This document shows positions 11,049 through 20,003 of a stretch of DNA of 64,000 nucleotides, one piece after another. The stretch comes from Candidatus Bathyarchaeota archaeon (GTDB lineage: Archaea; Thermoproteota; Bathyarchaeia; Bathyarchaeales; Bathycorpusculaceae). The notes below the pieces were generated by a model. That model was not told the DNA's origin, ran no database searches, and saw only the letters and a list, made by a program, of their open reading frames with translations. Position 1 is the first letter of the stretch; every line of letters starts with the position of its first letter. The stretch covers positions 61,618 through 125,617 of the forward strand of contig JALHSQ010000055.1 of NCBI GenBank assembly GCA_022865885.1, read 5' to 3'. A program made the position numbers and the translations under genes.

Positions 11049-11963
11049 GTGGAGGAAAAGAAAATCAAAGGATTCATTCGTTCTAACCCCCCACCACTTT
11101 GTGAAACCGTTGCCAGATCAGTGCAAACCCTAAAAGTCCAGCGCAACAAGCTCCAACAGACAAACTTTAGACTCAGGGAAAGAGACAAAGCCCTTTTTCA
11201 AACATGCATCACAGCACTAAACAATAAGAACAGAGAGAGAGCTGCGATTTTTGCGAATGAAGTCGCAGAAGTCCGAAAACTGATAACCTTCCTCTACAAC
11301 GTTGAACTTGCTATCGAACGGGTTATCATTAGACTTGAAACAATCAAGGAACTAAGCGACGTAGTTACAGACCTCAAGCCCGCACTACGGTTGCTTCAGA
11401 GTGTCTCTCAAGAATTGTTTGCCTTCTTGCCAGATGTGTCTACCGAGCTGAGCACTGTCAACGAAACGATTAACGAAACACTCTATTCAACAAAGATAAC
11501 GACAGATGAATCAATGATACCTGTTGACAGAAAAACGCCTGGAGGAGAAGAAATACTGAGAGAAGTAACAGGCCTTCTTGAGCGGAAAATTGCCGACGAT
11601 CTTCCCGAACCACCCGCCACAATAAGAACCCTTGAGACTGGACAGACTACGCTGAAAAAGATGGTTACCTTGACCGCGACATGTTCAGAAGCGACAAACC
11701 ATGAAACCGTTGAAGAATCCACGTTTGATTCTTCTCAAACCCTCCTTTCTTATACGAAAGCTGAGATTAAGGAAATCTCGTTGACGGTTGAAAGGCCGTC
11801 ATTGGAAGATGCACTTCTTGGTTACGTCAAGAAGAGTAATGGTGAAATTGATTTAACACGTTGTTCAGTAGAATTGGAAAGCTCGCATGAGGAAATTGAA
11901 AAAGCCCTTGAGAGTCTAGGGACGAAGGGCAAAATCAAGATTGAATTAAAGACAGGTGAGTAG
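11049..11963 (+). CDS. cdvB: ESCRT-III/Snf7-family protein (CdvB paralog 2) with approx 130-aa C-terminal extension, possibly a winged helix
   Basis: Snf7 core (AAIFANEVAEVRKLITFLYNVELAIERVIIRL). DLPEPPATI MIM2-like motif. The C-terminal region LLGYVKKSNGEIDLTRCSVELESSHEEIEKALESLG has a wH-like pattern. Confidence 0.65.
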   Translation: MEEKKIKGFIRSNPPPLCETVARSVQTLKVQRNKLQQTNFRLRERDKALFQTCITALNNKNRERAAIFANEVAEVRKLITFLYNVELAIERVIIRLETIKELSDVVTDLKPALRLLQSVSQELFAFLPDVSTELSTVNETINETLYSTKITTDESMIPVDRKTPGGEEILREVTGLLERKIADDLPEPPATIRTLETGQTTLKKMVTLTATCSEATNHETVEESTFDSSQTLLSYTKAEIKEISLTVERPSLEDALLGYVKKSNGEIDLTRCSVELESSHEEIEKALESLGTKGKIKIELKTGE

Positions 11964-11975
11964 GAGGAAAACTAA

Positions 11976-13145
11976 GTGAGTGCTTCGCAGGAACTCGAAA
12001 AAGCGGCAACTCGACACGCGTTGGAAGCGGTGCGCCTGGACAAGCAAGGTTCAAAAGGCTTGGCCATAACGATGTATCAAAAGGCCATAGAAAGCCTTCT
12101 TCAGTTGAGTCAACTCTACCCTGAATATAGTCTCAACAAAGTTTACATACAAAGGGCAATAGCCTACCAAGAACGAATAAAAGCATTGCAGGGAGCAGTG
12201 ATGTCAACTGAACCGAGAACAGGAGAGACTAACAACACTGAATGCACCGGAAAAACCCATGAAGGCGGAAAATCAACCTACGAAGAACTAATAGTCATGG
12301 AAAAACCGAAAGTCAAATGGGAAGAAGTGGTAGGACTAGACCCAGCGAAGAAAGCAGTAAAAGAAGCAATCGTCTATCCTGTTCAAAGACCCGATCTTTT
12401 CCCATTAGGGTGGCCGAGAGGAATACTGCTGTTCGGACCGCCAGGCTGTGGCAAAACTTTGCTGGCTGCAGCGGTAGCCACGGAGATAGACGCCACATTT
12501 GTCTCAATAGATGCTGCCTCGATAATGTCTAAATGGTTAGGCGAAGCAGAACAGAACGTTGCGAAGCTTTTCGGTTCAGTAAGAAAGTCTGCAATAGAAG
12601 GCAAGCCATCAATAGTCTTCATTGACGAACTGGAATCCCTGATGGGAAAACACTCAAATGAAGTTGGTGGAGAAATCCGTGTCCGGAACCAATTCCTGAA
12701 AGAGATGGATGGCATTGTTGACAAAGGCAAGAATATCCACGTTTACGTTATTGGCGCAACCAACAAACCATGGGACTTGGACTGGGGATTCATACGAAGA
12801 TTCCAAAAAAGAATACTCGTGCCCCTTCCTGATCACCACACCAGACTTATGATGTTCAAACTCTACACGACAAACCTGCAACTAACAACTGACGTTGACC
12901 TACATGAACTGGCCAGAATCTCAGAGGGCTTCTCAGGAAGCGACATACGAGACGTTTGTCAATCAGCTCAGCTAAAACTCATAGGCGAATTCTTCGAAAC
13001 TGGCCAAGCTAACAACAAACAAGCTAAACCACGACTGCTTACGATGGACGATTTCAGGCAAATCCTGGAAGAGAGAAAGCCAAGTGTGTCTCTAGACATG
13101 CTGTCACTGTACAACAGATGGTCTGAAGCCTTCAAAGCTCTGTAG
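11976..13145 (+). CDS. cdvC: Vps4/CdvC AAA+ ATPase with N-terminal MIT domain
   Basis: Walker A GPPGCGKT, Walker B IVFIDELE and an N-terminal MIT-like helical domain. 389 aa. Confidence 0.9.
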   Translation: MSASQELEKAATRHALEAVRLDKQGSKGLAITMYQKAIESLLQLSQLYPEYSLNKVYIQRAIAYQERIKALQGAVMSTEPRTGETNNTECTGKTHEGGKSTYEELIVMEKPKVKWEEVVGLDPAKKAVKEAIVYPVQRPDLFPLGWPRGILLFGPPGCGKTLLAAAVATEIDATFVSIDAASIMSKWLGEAEQNVAKLFGSVRKSAIEGKPSIVFIDELESLMGKHSNEVGGEIRVRNQFLKEMDGIVDKGKNIHVYVIGATNKPWDLDWGFIRRFQKRILVPLPDHHTRLMMFKLYTTNLQLTTDVDLHELARISEGFSGSDIRDVCQSAQLKLIGEFFETGQANNKQAKPRLLTMDDFRQILEERKPSVSLDMLSLYNRWSEAFKAL

Positions 13146-13272
13146 GAGGAGACAGAGAACTCATCAAGTATCGGGTGGAAAGGTTTGGAGAAACAATCAC
13201 TTTTTGAGGAATTCTCCTTTCTCCCCTCTCAAAAAAATCTCCAAACCCCACAACCCATCTTAAGAGCACAAC

Positions 13273-13698
13273 TCATGAGTGTTCTCTTGCAATAATCCTC
13301 TCAATCAAGTCTACAATCCCTGCAGGGTTTTCGAGTACGTCCACATATGGCGCTTTCAGGTTTAGACTTCTTGTCGAATAGGGTCCCGTAAAACACAGTA
13401 TTGGCTCGAAATCCTTAGTCGCTTCCAAAGCCTCATCAGCAGACTTTGCAACAATGATCTTGAACACTTGCCTATTTTTGGCCACAATTCTCTTGAATCC
13501 TTCCAAGAAGATTGCGCCGCTGTCTCTGCACCTTTGCAGGATTTCATCAATCGGAATGTTCATCGTATCCGTTCTCTCTATTGTAGCGATTTCGCCTCGC
13601 GACACGCTAATAATGGTTCTTGCTCCTGCCTGTGCGAATCTCCAAGTGTCCTTTCCTCTAGTGTCGATCGTGAAGTCCGATTCCGAGACGTGTTTCAC
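13273..13698 (-). CDS. mobB: MobB-like molybdopterin-guanine dinucleotide biosynthesis adapter. The ORF as called from its GTG lacks the P-loop, which is encoded in frame immediately upstream (to 13812)
   Basis: Called ORF has HVSESDFTIDTRGKDTWRFAQAGA (a MobB motif). The in-frame upstream translation VETVVIAVVGSKKSGKTTTIEALTRELSERGHRVAAVKH contains the Walker A loop. Confidence 0.65.
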   Translation of the reverse strand: MKHVSESDFTIDTRGKDTWRFAQAGARTIISVSRGEIATIERTDTMNIPIDEILQRCRDSGAIFLEGFKRIVAKNRQVFKIIVAKSADEALEATKDFEPILCFTGPYSTRSLNLKAPYVDVLENPAGIVDLIERIIAREHS

Positions 13699-13815
13699 CG
13701 CAGCGACTCTGTGGCCTCTTTCTGAAAGCTCTCTAGTCAGGGCTTCTATTGTTGTCGTTTTTCCGGATTTCTTGCTTCCTACGACCGCTATTACTACCGT
13801 TTCAACTCCCTCGAA

Positions 13816-14295
13816 TCATTTCATTTCTTCCGAGAAGATCTCGACCAGCGTCTTGTTGTTTATCGAAAGTTTTTCCGAGAGGTTCCTTACCCACTTTACG
13901 TATGCCCTAAAAAGATTCAGTAGTATTTCGGCTTTTTCCTTCCCTGACAATTCCTTCTCGTCTGCAAGCAGAAGAGCAAACCATCTGCCTGTATCTGAAA
14001 GCTGGTAAGCTTTGACCCACACCGTTCGTCCATCCTTTTCTGTTTTCTCCATATCTTCATTCAGGATCTTCAGCTTAGTGAGCGACTTCAAATTCCCGAT
14101 AACCGTCTTATTTGAGTAAGCAAGCTTGGTGACTAGATCCCTCTGGTAAATCCTGTTTGAAATGCCTTGATGAAGTGAGAAGTTCAGAATGTCAACGGCT
14201 GCCCTTGAACCGAAGATTGCTCCTAAGATCTTTGTCTTTTGTTCAGATGGAAGGAAAACTACATACGGATGCAGATCATCGCTCAATTCGTGCAC
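13816..14295 (-). CDS. Winged helix-turn-helix DNA-binding protein (putative transcription regulator)
   Basis: HTH IYQRDLVTKLAYSNKTVIGNLKSL followed by the wing DGRTVWVKAY. The TGA stop at 13813-13815 is in the same frame as the MobB P-loop. Confidence 0.45.
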   Translation of the reverse strand: MHELSDDLHPYVVFLPSEQKTKILGAIFGSRAAVDILNFSLHQGISNRIYQRDLVTKLAYSNKTVIGNLKSLTKLKILNEDMEKTEKDGRTVWVKAYQLSDTGRWFALLLADEKELSGKEKAEILLNLFRAYVKWVRNLSEKLSINNKTLVEIFSEEMK

Positions 14296-14499
14296 TCAGA
14301 CTTGACTGTTAGGTACATCTTAAAAACTGTTTCTTATGCAATAGATTTTTCTGAGTGTTAAATACATCTTTTTCAAAGGTGTTTTTGGACGACTTTCGCA
14401 ACATGGACCCCTACAGATGGTGACACTTTTGGTACTGAAGAAGGGTTCATATTCAACGTCTTCGGGTATGAACACCCAAATGACAGGGTTTTCGCCTTC

Positions 14500-15414
14500 T
14501 TGAAATACATACCAACGAGATTCAAGACACTTTTCGATATTGATTTTCTGGGAAGAACTTGGGAATATGGAGGAGTAACCCTCTTACGAGCCGAGAAACT
14601 CTATACAGCAAATAACTATAGGGCCTTCCTCAGTGCTTTTCGAGACAACTTCCCAGAATACGTGTATTTCTGTCCATTCAGGAAAAAGGAAGTGATCAGC
14701 GCTCCTTTGGATACAGTGAAGAGAGTCTACGTTCCACGAGAGTCACTGCGTTCTTTAGTTGAGCTTGGAAGCAGAGACAGCCTGCAGGAGACGACACTAG
14801 ATCTTGTCAATCTGCTGTCAGACAAATCCGGTATTGCCATTCAGGATTTCGGCGTTCACGGCTCTATAGCTTTGGACATGTACACGGACAAATCCGATAT
14901 TGACATAGTCGTCTATGGAGCCAAAAATTTCCGCGTCTTGGAGAGAACGATAGATGTTCTTGTTAAGACAAAAGCGTTGACCTATCAAACCAAGAACAGA
15001 CTTGATGCTGTTCGACACTTCCGGGGACGCTATAGTCGCAAGATCTTCATGTACAACGCGGTTCGAAAACCGGAAGAGGTCAGCATTGAATATGGTGCGC
15101 TTGAGTATTCCCGAATTCATCCATTGAGGTTTCGTTGTACAGTCAAAGATGACAGTGAAGCAATGTTTCGTCCAGCAACCTATGAAATAGAAGACTACAA
15201 ACCATCTAATACGCGGTCTGAGATTTCAAAGGGTTTGATGCCGAGACTTGTGGTTTCGATGATTGGCTGTTATAGGAACGTTGCGAGAAAAGGCGACAAA
15301 ATTGAGGTCTCGGGAACATTGGAGCGTGCAGCTAACACCAAAACGGGTGAAGCTTTCTATCAAGTCGTTGTTGGAACAGGCGTCAGTGAGGAAGAGAGTA
15401 TTTGTCCGATTTGA
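14500..15414 (+). CDS. Pol-beta-superfamily nucleotidyltransferase-fold protein with C-terminal OB-like domain (paralog A). Conserved N-terminal segment continues in frame upstream of the TTG start
   Basis: NTase motif [24 protein letters not shown] (GS...DxD). Shares FP(E/R)Y and GL/I blocks with paralogs B and C. Upstream in-frame [22 protein letters not shown] matches the B N-terminus. Confidence 0.55.
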   Translation: MKYIPTRFKTLFDIDFLGRTWEYGGVTLLRAEKLYTANNYRAFLSAFRDNFPEYVYFCPFRKKEVISAPLDTVKRVYVPRESLRSLVELGSRDSLQETTLDLVNLLSDKSGIAIQDFGVHGSIALDMYTDKSDIDIVVYGAKNFRVLERTIDVLVKTKALTYQTKNRLDAVRHFRGRYSRKIFMYNAVRKPEEVSIEYGALEYSRIHPLRFRCTVKDDSEAMFRPATYEIEDYKPSNTRSEISKGLMPRLVVSMIGCYRNVARKGDKIEVSGTLERAANTKTGEAFYQVVVGTGVSEEESICPI

Positions 15415-16469
15415 AACTCCGAGACCGCGACGCAATTGTGACGAAGGAAGGGTTGATCTTTCGCGTTTTCGGATATTCACATCCATCAGATTCTTACATC
15501 TGCGACGCTGAATATGCGCCGGCATCGATATTCAAGTCTGACAATCCAAAGGCGTTTAGAAACAAGGGACATAGCGTTTTCTACAAATTCTATGAAGATG
15601 AGGGCTGGCAGCTAGTCCACGACAGATTTCCAAGGTATTTGGTTTTCCATGAGATGCTGCAACGGAACATTGTTGGGGTCAGCCACAACGACATTGTGAA
15701 GGTTCGAAAGCCGGAAGCGGCTCTGAAGAAGTTGATTTTCAGAAAACCTAGAGATAAACTTGAAACGGCTATGCAAGATGTTCTAGGACTAGTAACGGAG
15801 CATTCGGGTCTGCACTTTGACAATTTTGGAGTCTTTGGCTCAATGCTTCACAATTTCCATCATCCAGACTTCTCGGATGTGGACCTTACAATCTATGGAA
15901 GAGAGAAAACTGCTAGATTACGTACGACTTTGCAGAAGCTGTATGAAGATGGCTCTTTCCCGCTTACAAACGAATTCGCAACAGCCAAATCATTGAGGGG
16001 CAAGTCTTGGAGGTTCCGCAATCTCAATCCAAAAGAATTTGTGTGGCATCAACGCAGGAAAATGATCTACTCGTTGTTCAGCGACGAAAAGAGCGGAAGG
16101 ATCATCAAGGTAGAATTTGAGCCCGTGAAGGACTGGGTTGAAATCACCAGTGATTATGATCCAGAGACTAGAATCGTGCAGAAAGGCTGGGCTAGGATGC
16201 TTTGCGTCATTGTAGAAGCAAGTGATGCTCCTTTCATTCCATCAGTCTACAGTGTTAAGCCTCTAGAGATTCTTTGCGGAAAAGATGCTGGAGAGGTGAC
16301 TCGCGTTGTCTCCTACATGGAAGAATTTCGGTTGCAGGCAAATAGAGGAGAAAAGGTCTATGTGGAAGGGAATCTGGAAGAAGTCATTACTTCAAAAGGG
16401 CACTTCCATCAGGTTGCATTGACTTATTGCGCGAGATATTATGAGCAGGTTTTGAAAGTTGCTTTCTAG
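15402..16469 (+). CDS. Pol-beta-superfamily nucleotidyltransferase-fold protein with N-terminal domain and C-terminal OB-like domain (paralog B)
   Basis: Motif [26 protein letters not shown]-terminal [32 protein letters not shown] is OB-like. Overlaps the end of paralog A by 13 nt. Confidence 0.55.
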   Translation: MSDLKLRDRDAIVTKEGLIFRVFGYSHPSDSYICDAEYAPASIFKSDNPKAFRNKGHSVFYKFYEDEGWQLVHDRFPRYLVFHEMLQRNIVGVSHNDIVKVRKPEAALKKLIFRKPRDKLETAMQDVLGLVTEHSGLHFDNFGVFGSMLHNFHHPDFSDVDLTIYGREKTARLRTTLQKLYEDGSFPLTNEFATAKSLRGKSWRFRNLNPKEFVWHQRRKMIYSLFSDEKSGRIIKVEFEPVKDWVEITSDYDPETRIVQKGWARMLCVIVEASDAPFIPSVYSVKPLEILCGKDAGEVTRVVSYMEEFRLQANRGEKVYVEGNLEEVITSKGHFHQVALTYCARYYEQVLKVAF

Positions 16470-17485
16470 TCTAGCTTAGCTAGAATCACAAAGTCTGACG
16501 GATTGTTTCCTAGCAGAAGCCTGAACCATTCGCGATTGTGCTTGTTGTCAATGACACGCTCAACTTTTCCTTGAGCAACAACGGTTTCACCGTTTCTTGC
16601 TTGTTCACAGAATCTGCCCCGGAAAGACGCAATCTCTTGTATTGGAAGACCAGTTCCTTCAATAACCGTCACTTGCTCGATCTTGTATTTGCAGGGCGTG
16701 AAAATCGACTCAGAACAATCACTGATCACGGCTTTGATTCTTGCATAGCCAACATTCTTGTATTGAATATCACCATATTTCTCGTCAATCTCATTCCAGT
16801 CTTTCACAAAACGCACAAAATAATCCGTTCCCATAAACTTGCCTTGTATGGCCTTCCTCGATTCAGTTCGAACAAAATCTTTGAAACCCGTAGTTGTGTC
16901 CTTCGAACGAAAATCGAACAAGGTCCTTAATTCCTCCTTAGTGTAGGATTTGAATGTTTCATTCTCACTGTTCAGGAGTTCTCTCAGCGTCGAATGGACT
17001 CTGTAGCAGTTTTCGGAACCATAGATTATAGGGTCAATGTCTGACTTTGGCGTGTGAAGCCCAATCAGAATCGAGCCGGAAATTCCAACCGAGTTATGGG
17101 GAATGTTTGCTCTTTCTCTCAAAGCATCTGTCAGCTGTAAGGCTTTGCTTCCAAGTTCGTCCAAGTGGCTGGAAGCATGTAGCTCCCGAAGGCCATCACA
17201 GGGTTTGTAGTGTTTCTTAATCTCATTGACTGGGACTTCACAAATTGTTTCATCAAGAACAGGGTCATAGACGAGATATCGTGGAAACCTCGCCTTCAAC
17301 AGCGCGTATCTTTCTGGAAGAGAGTAGATCTTCTCAAAGGCTATTCCGTTCTTTCTTCTTTTTCCTTCCAGATCTGGGAAATACCGAATGAAGGCGACTA
17401 TTCGATTCGCAGGATGGATCAAGCCTTTTACGTCAAAAAGAATTCTTGCATCAGTTTCTACGATGTCGCCTTCTCTTCCATTCAT
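16466..17485 (-). CDS. Pol-beta-superfamily nucleotidyltransferase-fold protein (paralog C). Likely true start is the internal Met at 17485, although the open frame runs to 17626
   Basis: Motif VGISGSILIGLHTPKSDIDPIIYG. N-terminal MNGREGDIVETDARILFDVKGLIHPANRIVAF aligns with the B N-terminus. RFPRYLVYDPVLDETICEV is conserved with B. Confidence 0.55.
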   Translation of the reverse strand: MNGREGDIVETDARILFDVKGLIHPANRIVAFIRYFPDLEGKRRKNGIAFEKIYSLPERYALLKARFPRYLVYDPVLDETICEVPVNEIKKHYKPCDGLRELHASSHLDELGSKALQLTDALRERANIPHNSVGISGSILIGLHTPKSDIDPIIYGSENCYRVHSTLRELLNSENETFKSYTKEELRTLFDFRSKDTTTGFKDFVRTESRKAIQGKFMGTDYFVRFVKDWNEIDEKYGDIQYKNVGYARIKAVISDCSESIFTPCKYKIEQVTVIEGTGLPIQEIASFRGRFCEQARNGETVVAQGKVERVIDNKHNREWFRLLLGNNPSDFVILAKLD

Positions 17486-18303
17486 TTTGCCGCGTCCAGC
17501 AGATCTATTGCGAGGACCTTCAGATTCGCTCTTTTCAAAGCTAGAAGCACGGCAGTTCCAATAATGGCTCCTGCAAGGCAGTTCATGGAATCTGCGATGG
17601 CGTAGTAAATGGTCATCGGCGCCCAATAAGGATACATTTCAGGAACGCCCCAATTCAGTACCCAGACTCCGATGTTGTTTCCAGTTGCAACGTCGCCGCC
17701 TATTCGAGAGATCCAAGCCAAGCACCATAGGGCAAGAGGCAGATTATGCAAATCCCTTCTGATGATGGAGTTGATGATCCATTTCCTTATTGGAGGAATG
17801 ACGATGAACGCTAGGACAACCCAGTACTGCCAAGTTATGAGCGGCATAGCTCCATACCATGCGAAGGGGTGCGAAAACCATATTGCCATTTCTAAGCCGA
17901 AAATCAGCATTGCCTCTTTCCACTTGTTGAACAACACTAGACCACTCATCAATGCGGCTATCGTCGGGCTAAGGAACGTAAGTAGGCCAATAGATGTCTG
18001 CGGATTCACGTATGGGACAATCCATCCGAAGACAAAGCCTGAGAGACCTCCCCATAATGGCCCCAACATAGGAGCGGTCAAACCTGAGAATACGATATTA
18101 GACAAAGTGATGACTGCAGGAGTTCCAAAAACCGGGTAGGCGGGATACCAGACGCAGGCAAGTACTAGAGCAACCCAGATTCCTGTTAAGGCCAAGAGCA
18201 AAACGTTGCTGACATATTTGGGAACCATAGAATTCTGGCGTCCAATGTCAATTTTTCCATTAGAGTGTAACTTTTTACACAACGTTAATAAAACTTTCCA
18301 CAC
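17482..18303 (-). CDS. Polytopic membrane protein (about 7 TM), transporter-like, co-oriented immediately upstream of NTase paralog C
   Basis: Hydrophobic throughout. Its end overlaps the putative Met start of paralog C by 4 nt (ATGA). No diagnostic motif recognised. Confidence 0.45.
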   Translation of the reverse strand: MWKVLLTLCKKLHSNGKIDIGRQNSMVPKYVSNVLLLALTGIWVALVLACVWYPAYPVFGTPAVITLSNIVFSGLTAPMLGPLWGGLSGFVFGWIVPYVNPQTSIGLLTFLSPTIAALMSGLVLFNKWKEAMLIFGLEMAIWFSHPFAWYGAMPLITWQYWVVLAFIVIPPIRKWIINSIIRRDLHNLPLALWCLAWISRIGGDVATGNNIGVWVLNWGVPEMYPYWAPMTIYYAIADSMNCLAGAIIGTAVLLALKRANLKVLAIDLLDAAK

Positions 18304-18324
18304 GAAGCTTCATGAGAATGAACT

Positions 18325-19275
18325 ATGCAAATTGATCCGCATGATTCTGCCACGCGTGTTTCACAGTGTCTAGAATTGGCTATTCTCTTGGAAGCTAGTG
18401 CCCATAAACCTGGAAACGTGACTGTAGTTACTGACTTTGAGAGGACACGTTACGAGCATTTTCTAGCTTCCGCCGTCGCTGCGACACCTACTTTTGAGTA
18501 CGCTGCTACGCGAGGTGTTGCAGTTTCCAAAGGCGTCATTCAAGTGGTAGATGTTGGCGTCGGGAGCATCATCAGAGATTGTGTGGCAAACATTAACGTG
18601 TGGCAGCACGGTGGCAACACACTGCTTGGCACAGTTATCTTGCTTTCGCCAATCGCGGTTGCTGCTGGCATGATTCTAACTGGAAATGCTCTGGAGATTC
18701 CACAGCTTAGAGAGAAGTTGAGGCTCGTTGTGGAGTCGACGACGCCTGAGGATGCTGTAGCTGTTTATGAAGCAATAAAGATCGCTAATCCTGGTGGGCT
18801 TGGCAAAGCTGCGAGACTCGACGTTAACGATCCTGATTCGATAAACACGATTCTTGAGGAGAAAATTTCGTTATATGCGGTTTTCAAGATGGCTGAGAAG
18901 TATGATACGATTTGCTCTGAATGGGTTAACGATTATGCTGTGACATTTGATCTTGCTTATCCCACTTTGATCAAGCACATTGGAAAGACGGATGACTTGA
19001 ATGTGGCTATAATTCACACTTTCTTGAGTGTTCTGGCGGATTGTCCTGACACGTTTATAGCTAGAAAGACAAGTCCTGAAAAAGCTATGGAGATCTCATC
19101 TAGAGCTAAAGAGGTTTTGAACCTTGGAGGGCTTGAAACTCCGAATGGAGAGAGAAGTCTTAGGCGATTTGATCTGCAACTTAGGAAGTCGAGTAACCTT
19201 TTGAATCCAGGCACTACTGCAGACATTATCGCAGCTGCATTGGCCTTGTGTGTTCTCGGTGGATACAGGCCCTAG
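18325..19275 (+). CDS. CitG/MdcB-family (triphosphoribosyl-dephospho-CoA synthase-like) protein
   Basis: N-terminal LLEASAHKPGNVTVVTDF resembles the CitG xKPGLVD signature. 316 aa. Confidence 0.5.
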   Translation: MQIDPHDSATRVSQCLELAILLEASAHKPGNVTVVTDFERTRYEHFLASAVAATPTFEYAATRGVAVSKGVIQVVDVGVGSIIRDCVANINVWQHGGNTLLGTVILLSPIAVAAGMILTGNALEIPQLREKLRLVVESTTPEDAVAVYEAIKIANPGGLGKAARLDVNDPDSINTILEEKISLYAVFKMAEKYDTICSEWVNDYAVTFDLAYPTLIKHIGKTDDLNVAIIHTFLSVLADCPDTFIARKTSPEKAMEISSRAKEVLNLGGLETPNGERSLRRFDLQLRKSSNLLNPGTTADIIAAALALCVLGGYRP

Positions 19276-19283
19276 TTGCCACT

Positions 19284-19518
19284 TTTGAACCCATCTCTTG
19301 TATAGAAGAACCCCAACCGCGTACACGCCAAGTGCTGTGATCGTAACGGTTGTTAGTGGCAAAGATATGTCGCTCAATGTAGCATTGCGAATCATCACGT
19401 CTCTAATTGCTTGAGTCGCGTAGGTCATCGGAATGACGCGTCCGATTTGCTGAAGGTAAGTCGGGAGGTAATCTATTGGGAAATACATGCCTGTGAAGAA
19501 CTGAAGGATTATGCCCAT
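19284..19518 (-). pseudogene. C-terminal remnant of an ABC-2-type permease (gene fragment lacking the N-terminal approx 280 aa)
   Basis: ILQFFTGMYFPIDYLPTYLQQIGRVIPMTYATQAIRDVMI aligns to the C-terminus of the intact permease at 41921..43015 (FPMMFLAGTFFPISLMPAYLQSFAHVLPLFYIIEGLNAVMI). No upstream coding continuation. Chance read-through into the antisense of the CitG-like gene. Confidence 0.5.
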
Positions 19519-19598
19519 GGTTGTTGCGCGCGCTAACGGCTTTCACATCAAGATTTAAGGGTATCCAGTCCCTAAAGAAGAAGGACTGAGGCTGGTGA

Positions 19599-20003
19599 AT
19601 GCAAGCGAAGTCTAAACTGCTAGTAACACTGGTTACTGGTCGAACAATAGAGCAAGGCGTCGGCAAGGAACAAGGGAAAACCTCAAAAGAGTATGTGGAA
19701 AGCGTTTCGATCTGTTTTGTTGACTCAGAGGATTTGAAAAAGCTCGGGATTAAAGAGAAGACTAACGTTCTGGTTTCAACGAAATATGGTTCTGTCGTGA
19801 TCAAGGCTTTGAGATCGCTGTGTGGTTCACATCCAGGAGTGATTTTTGTGCCTTATGGTCCGTGGGCGAATGTCTTAGTCTGTCCTGAAACTGATAGTAT
19901 CGGCATGCCGTCCATGAAGGGAATTCCGGCACAGATTGTCCCGGCAGTAGATAAGCCTATTTTGAGTCTGAAAATGCTTCTCAAGAGGCAATTTGGAAAA
20001 TAG
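19599..20003 (+). CDS. fwdD: Formylmethanofuran dehydrogenase subunit D (molybdopterin dinucleotide-binding domain)
   Basis: LVTLVTGRTIEQG, GPWAN, TDSIGMP and KGIPA are typical FwdD/FmdD motifs. 134 aa. Confidence 0.8.
   Translation: MQAKSKLLVTLVTGRTIEQGVGKEQGKTSKEYVESVSICFVDSEDLKKLGIKEKTNVLVSTKYGSVVIKALRSLCGSHPGVIFVPYGPWANVLVCPETDSIGMPSMKGIPAQIVPAVDKPILSLKMLLKRQFGK

Noticed and set aside
14500-17626. TiaS (agmatidine synthetase) assignment for the NTase+OB paralogs
   Set aside because: TiaS has an N-terminal DDTDS kinase-like module and a C-terminal Zn ribbon. These proteins instead have a classical GS...DxD Pol-beta NTase motif and no Zn ribbon.
19096-19283. Extension of the ABC-2 remnant ORF to 19096
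   Set aside because: Homology to the permease ends near 19284. The remainder is chance open frame antisense to the CitG-like gene.
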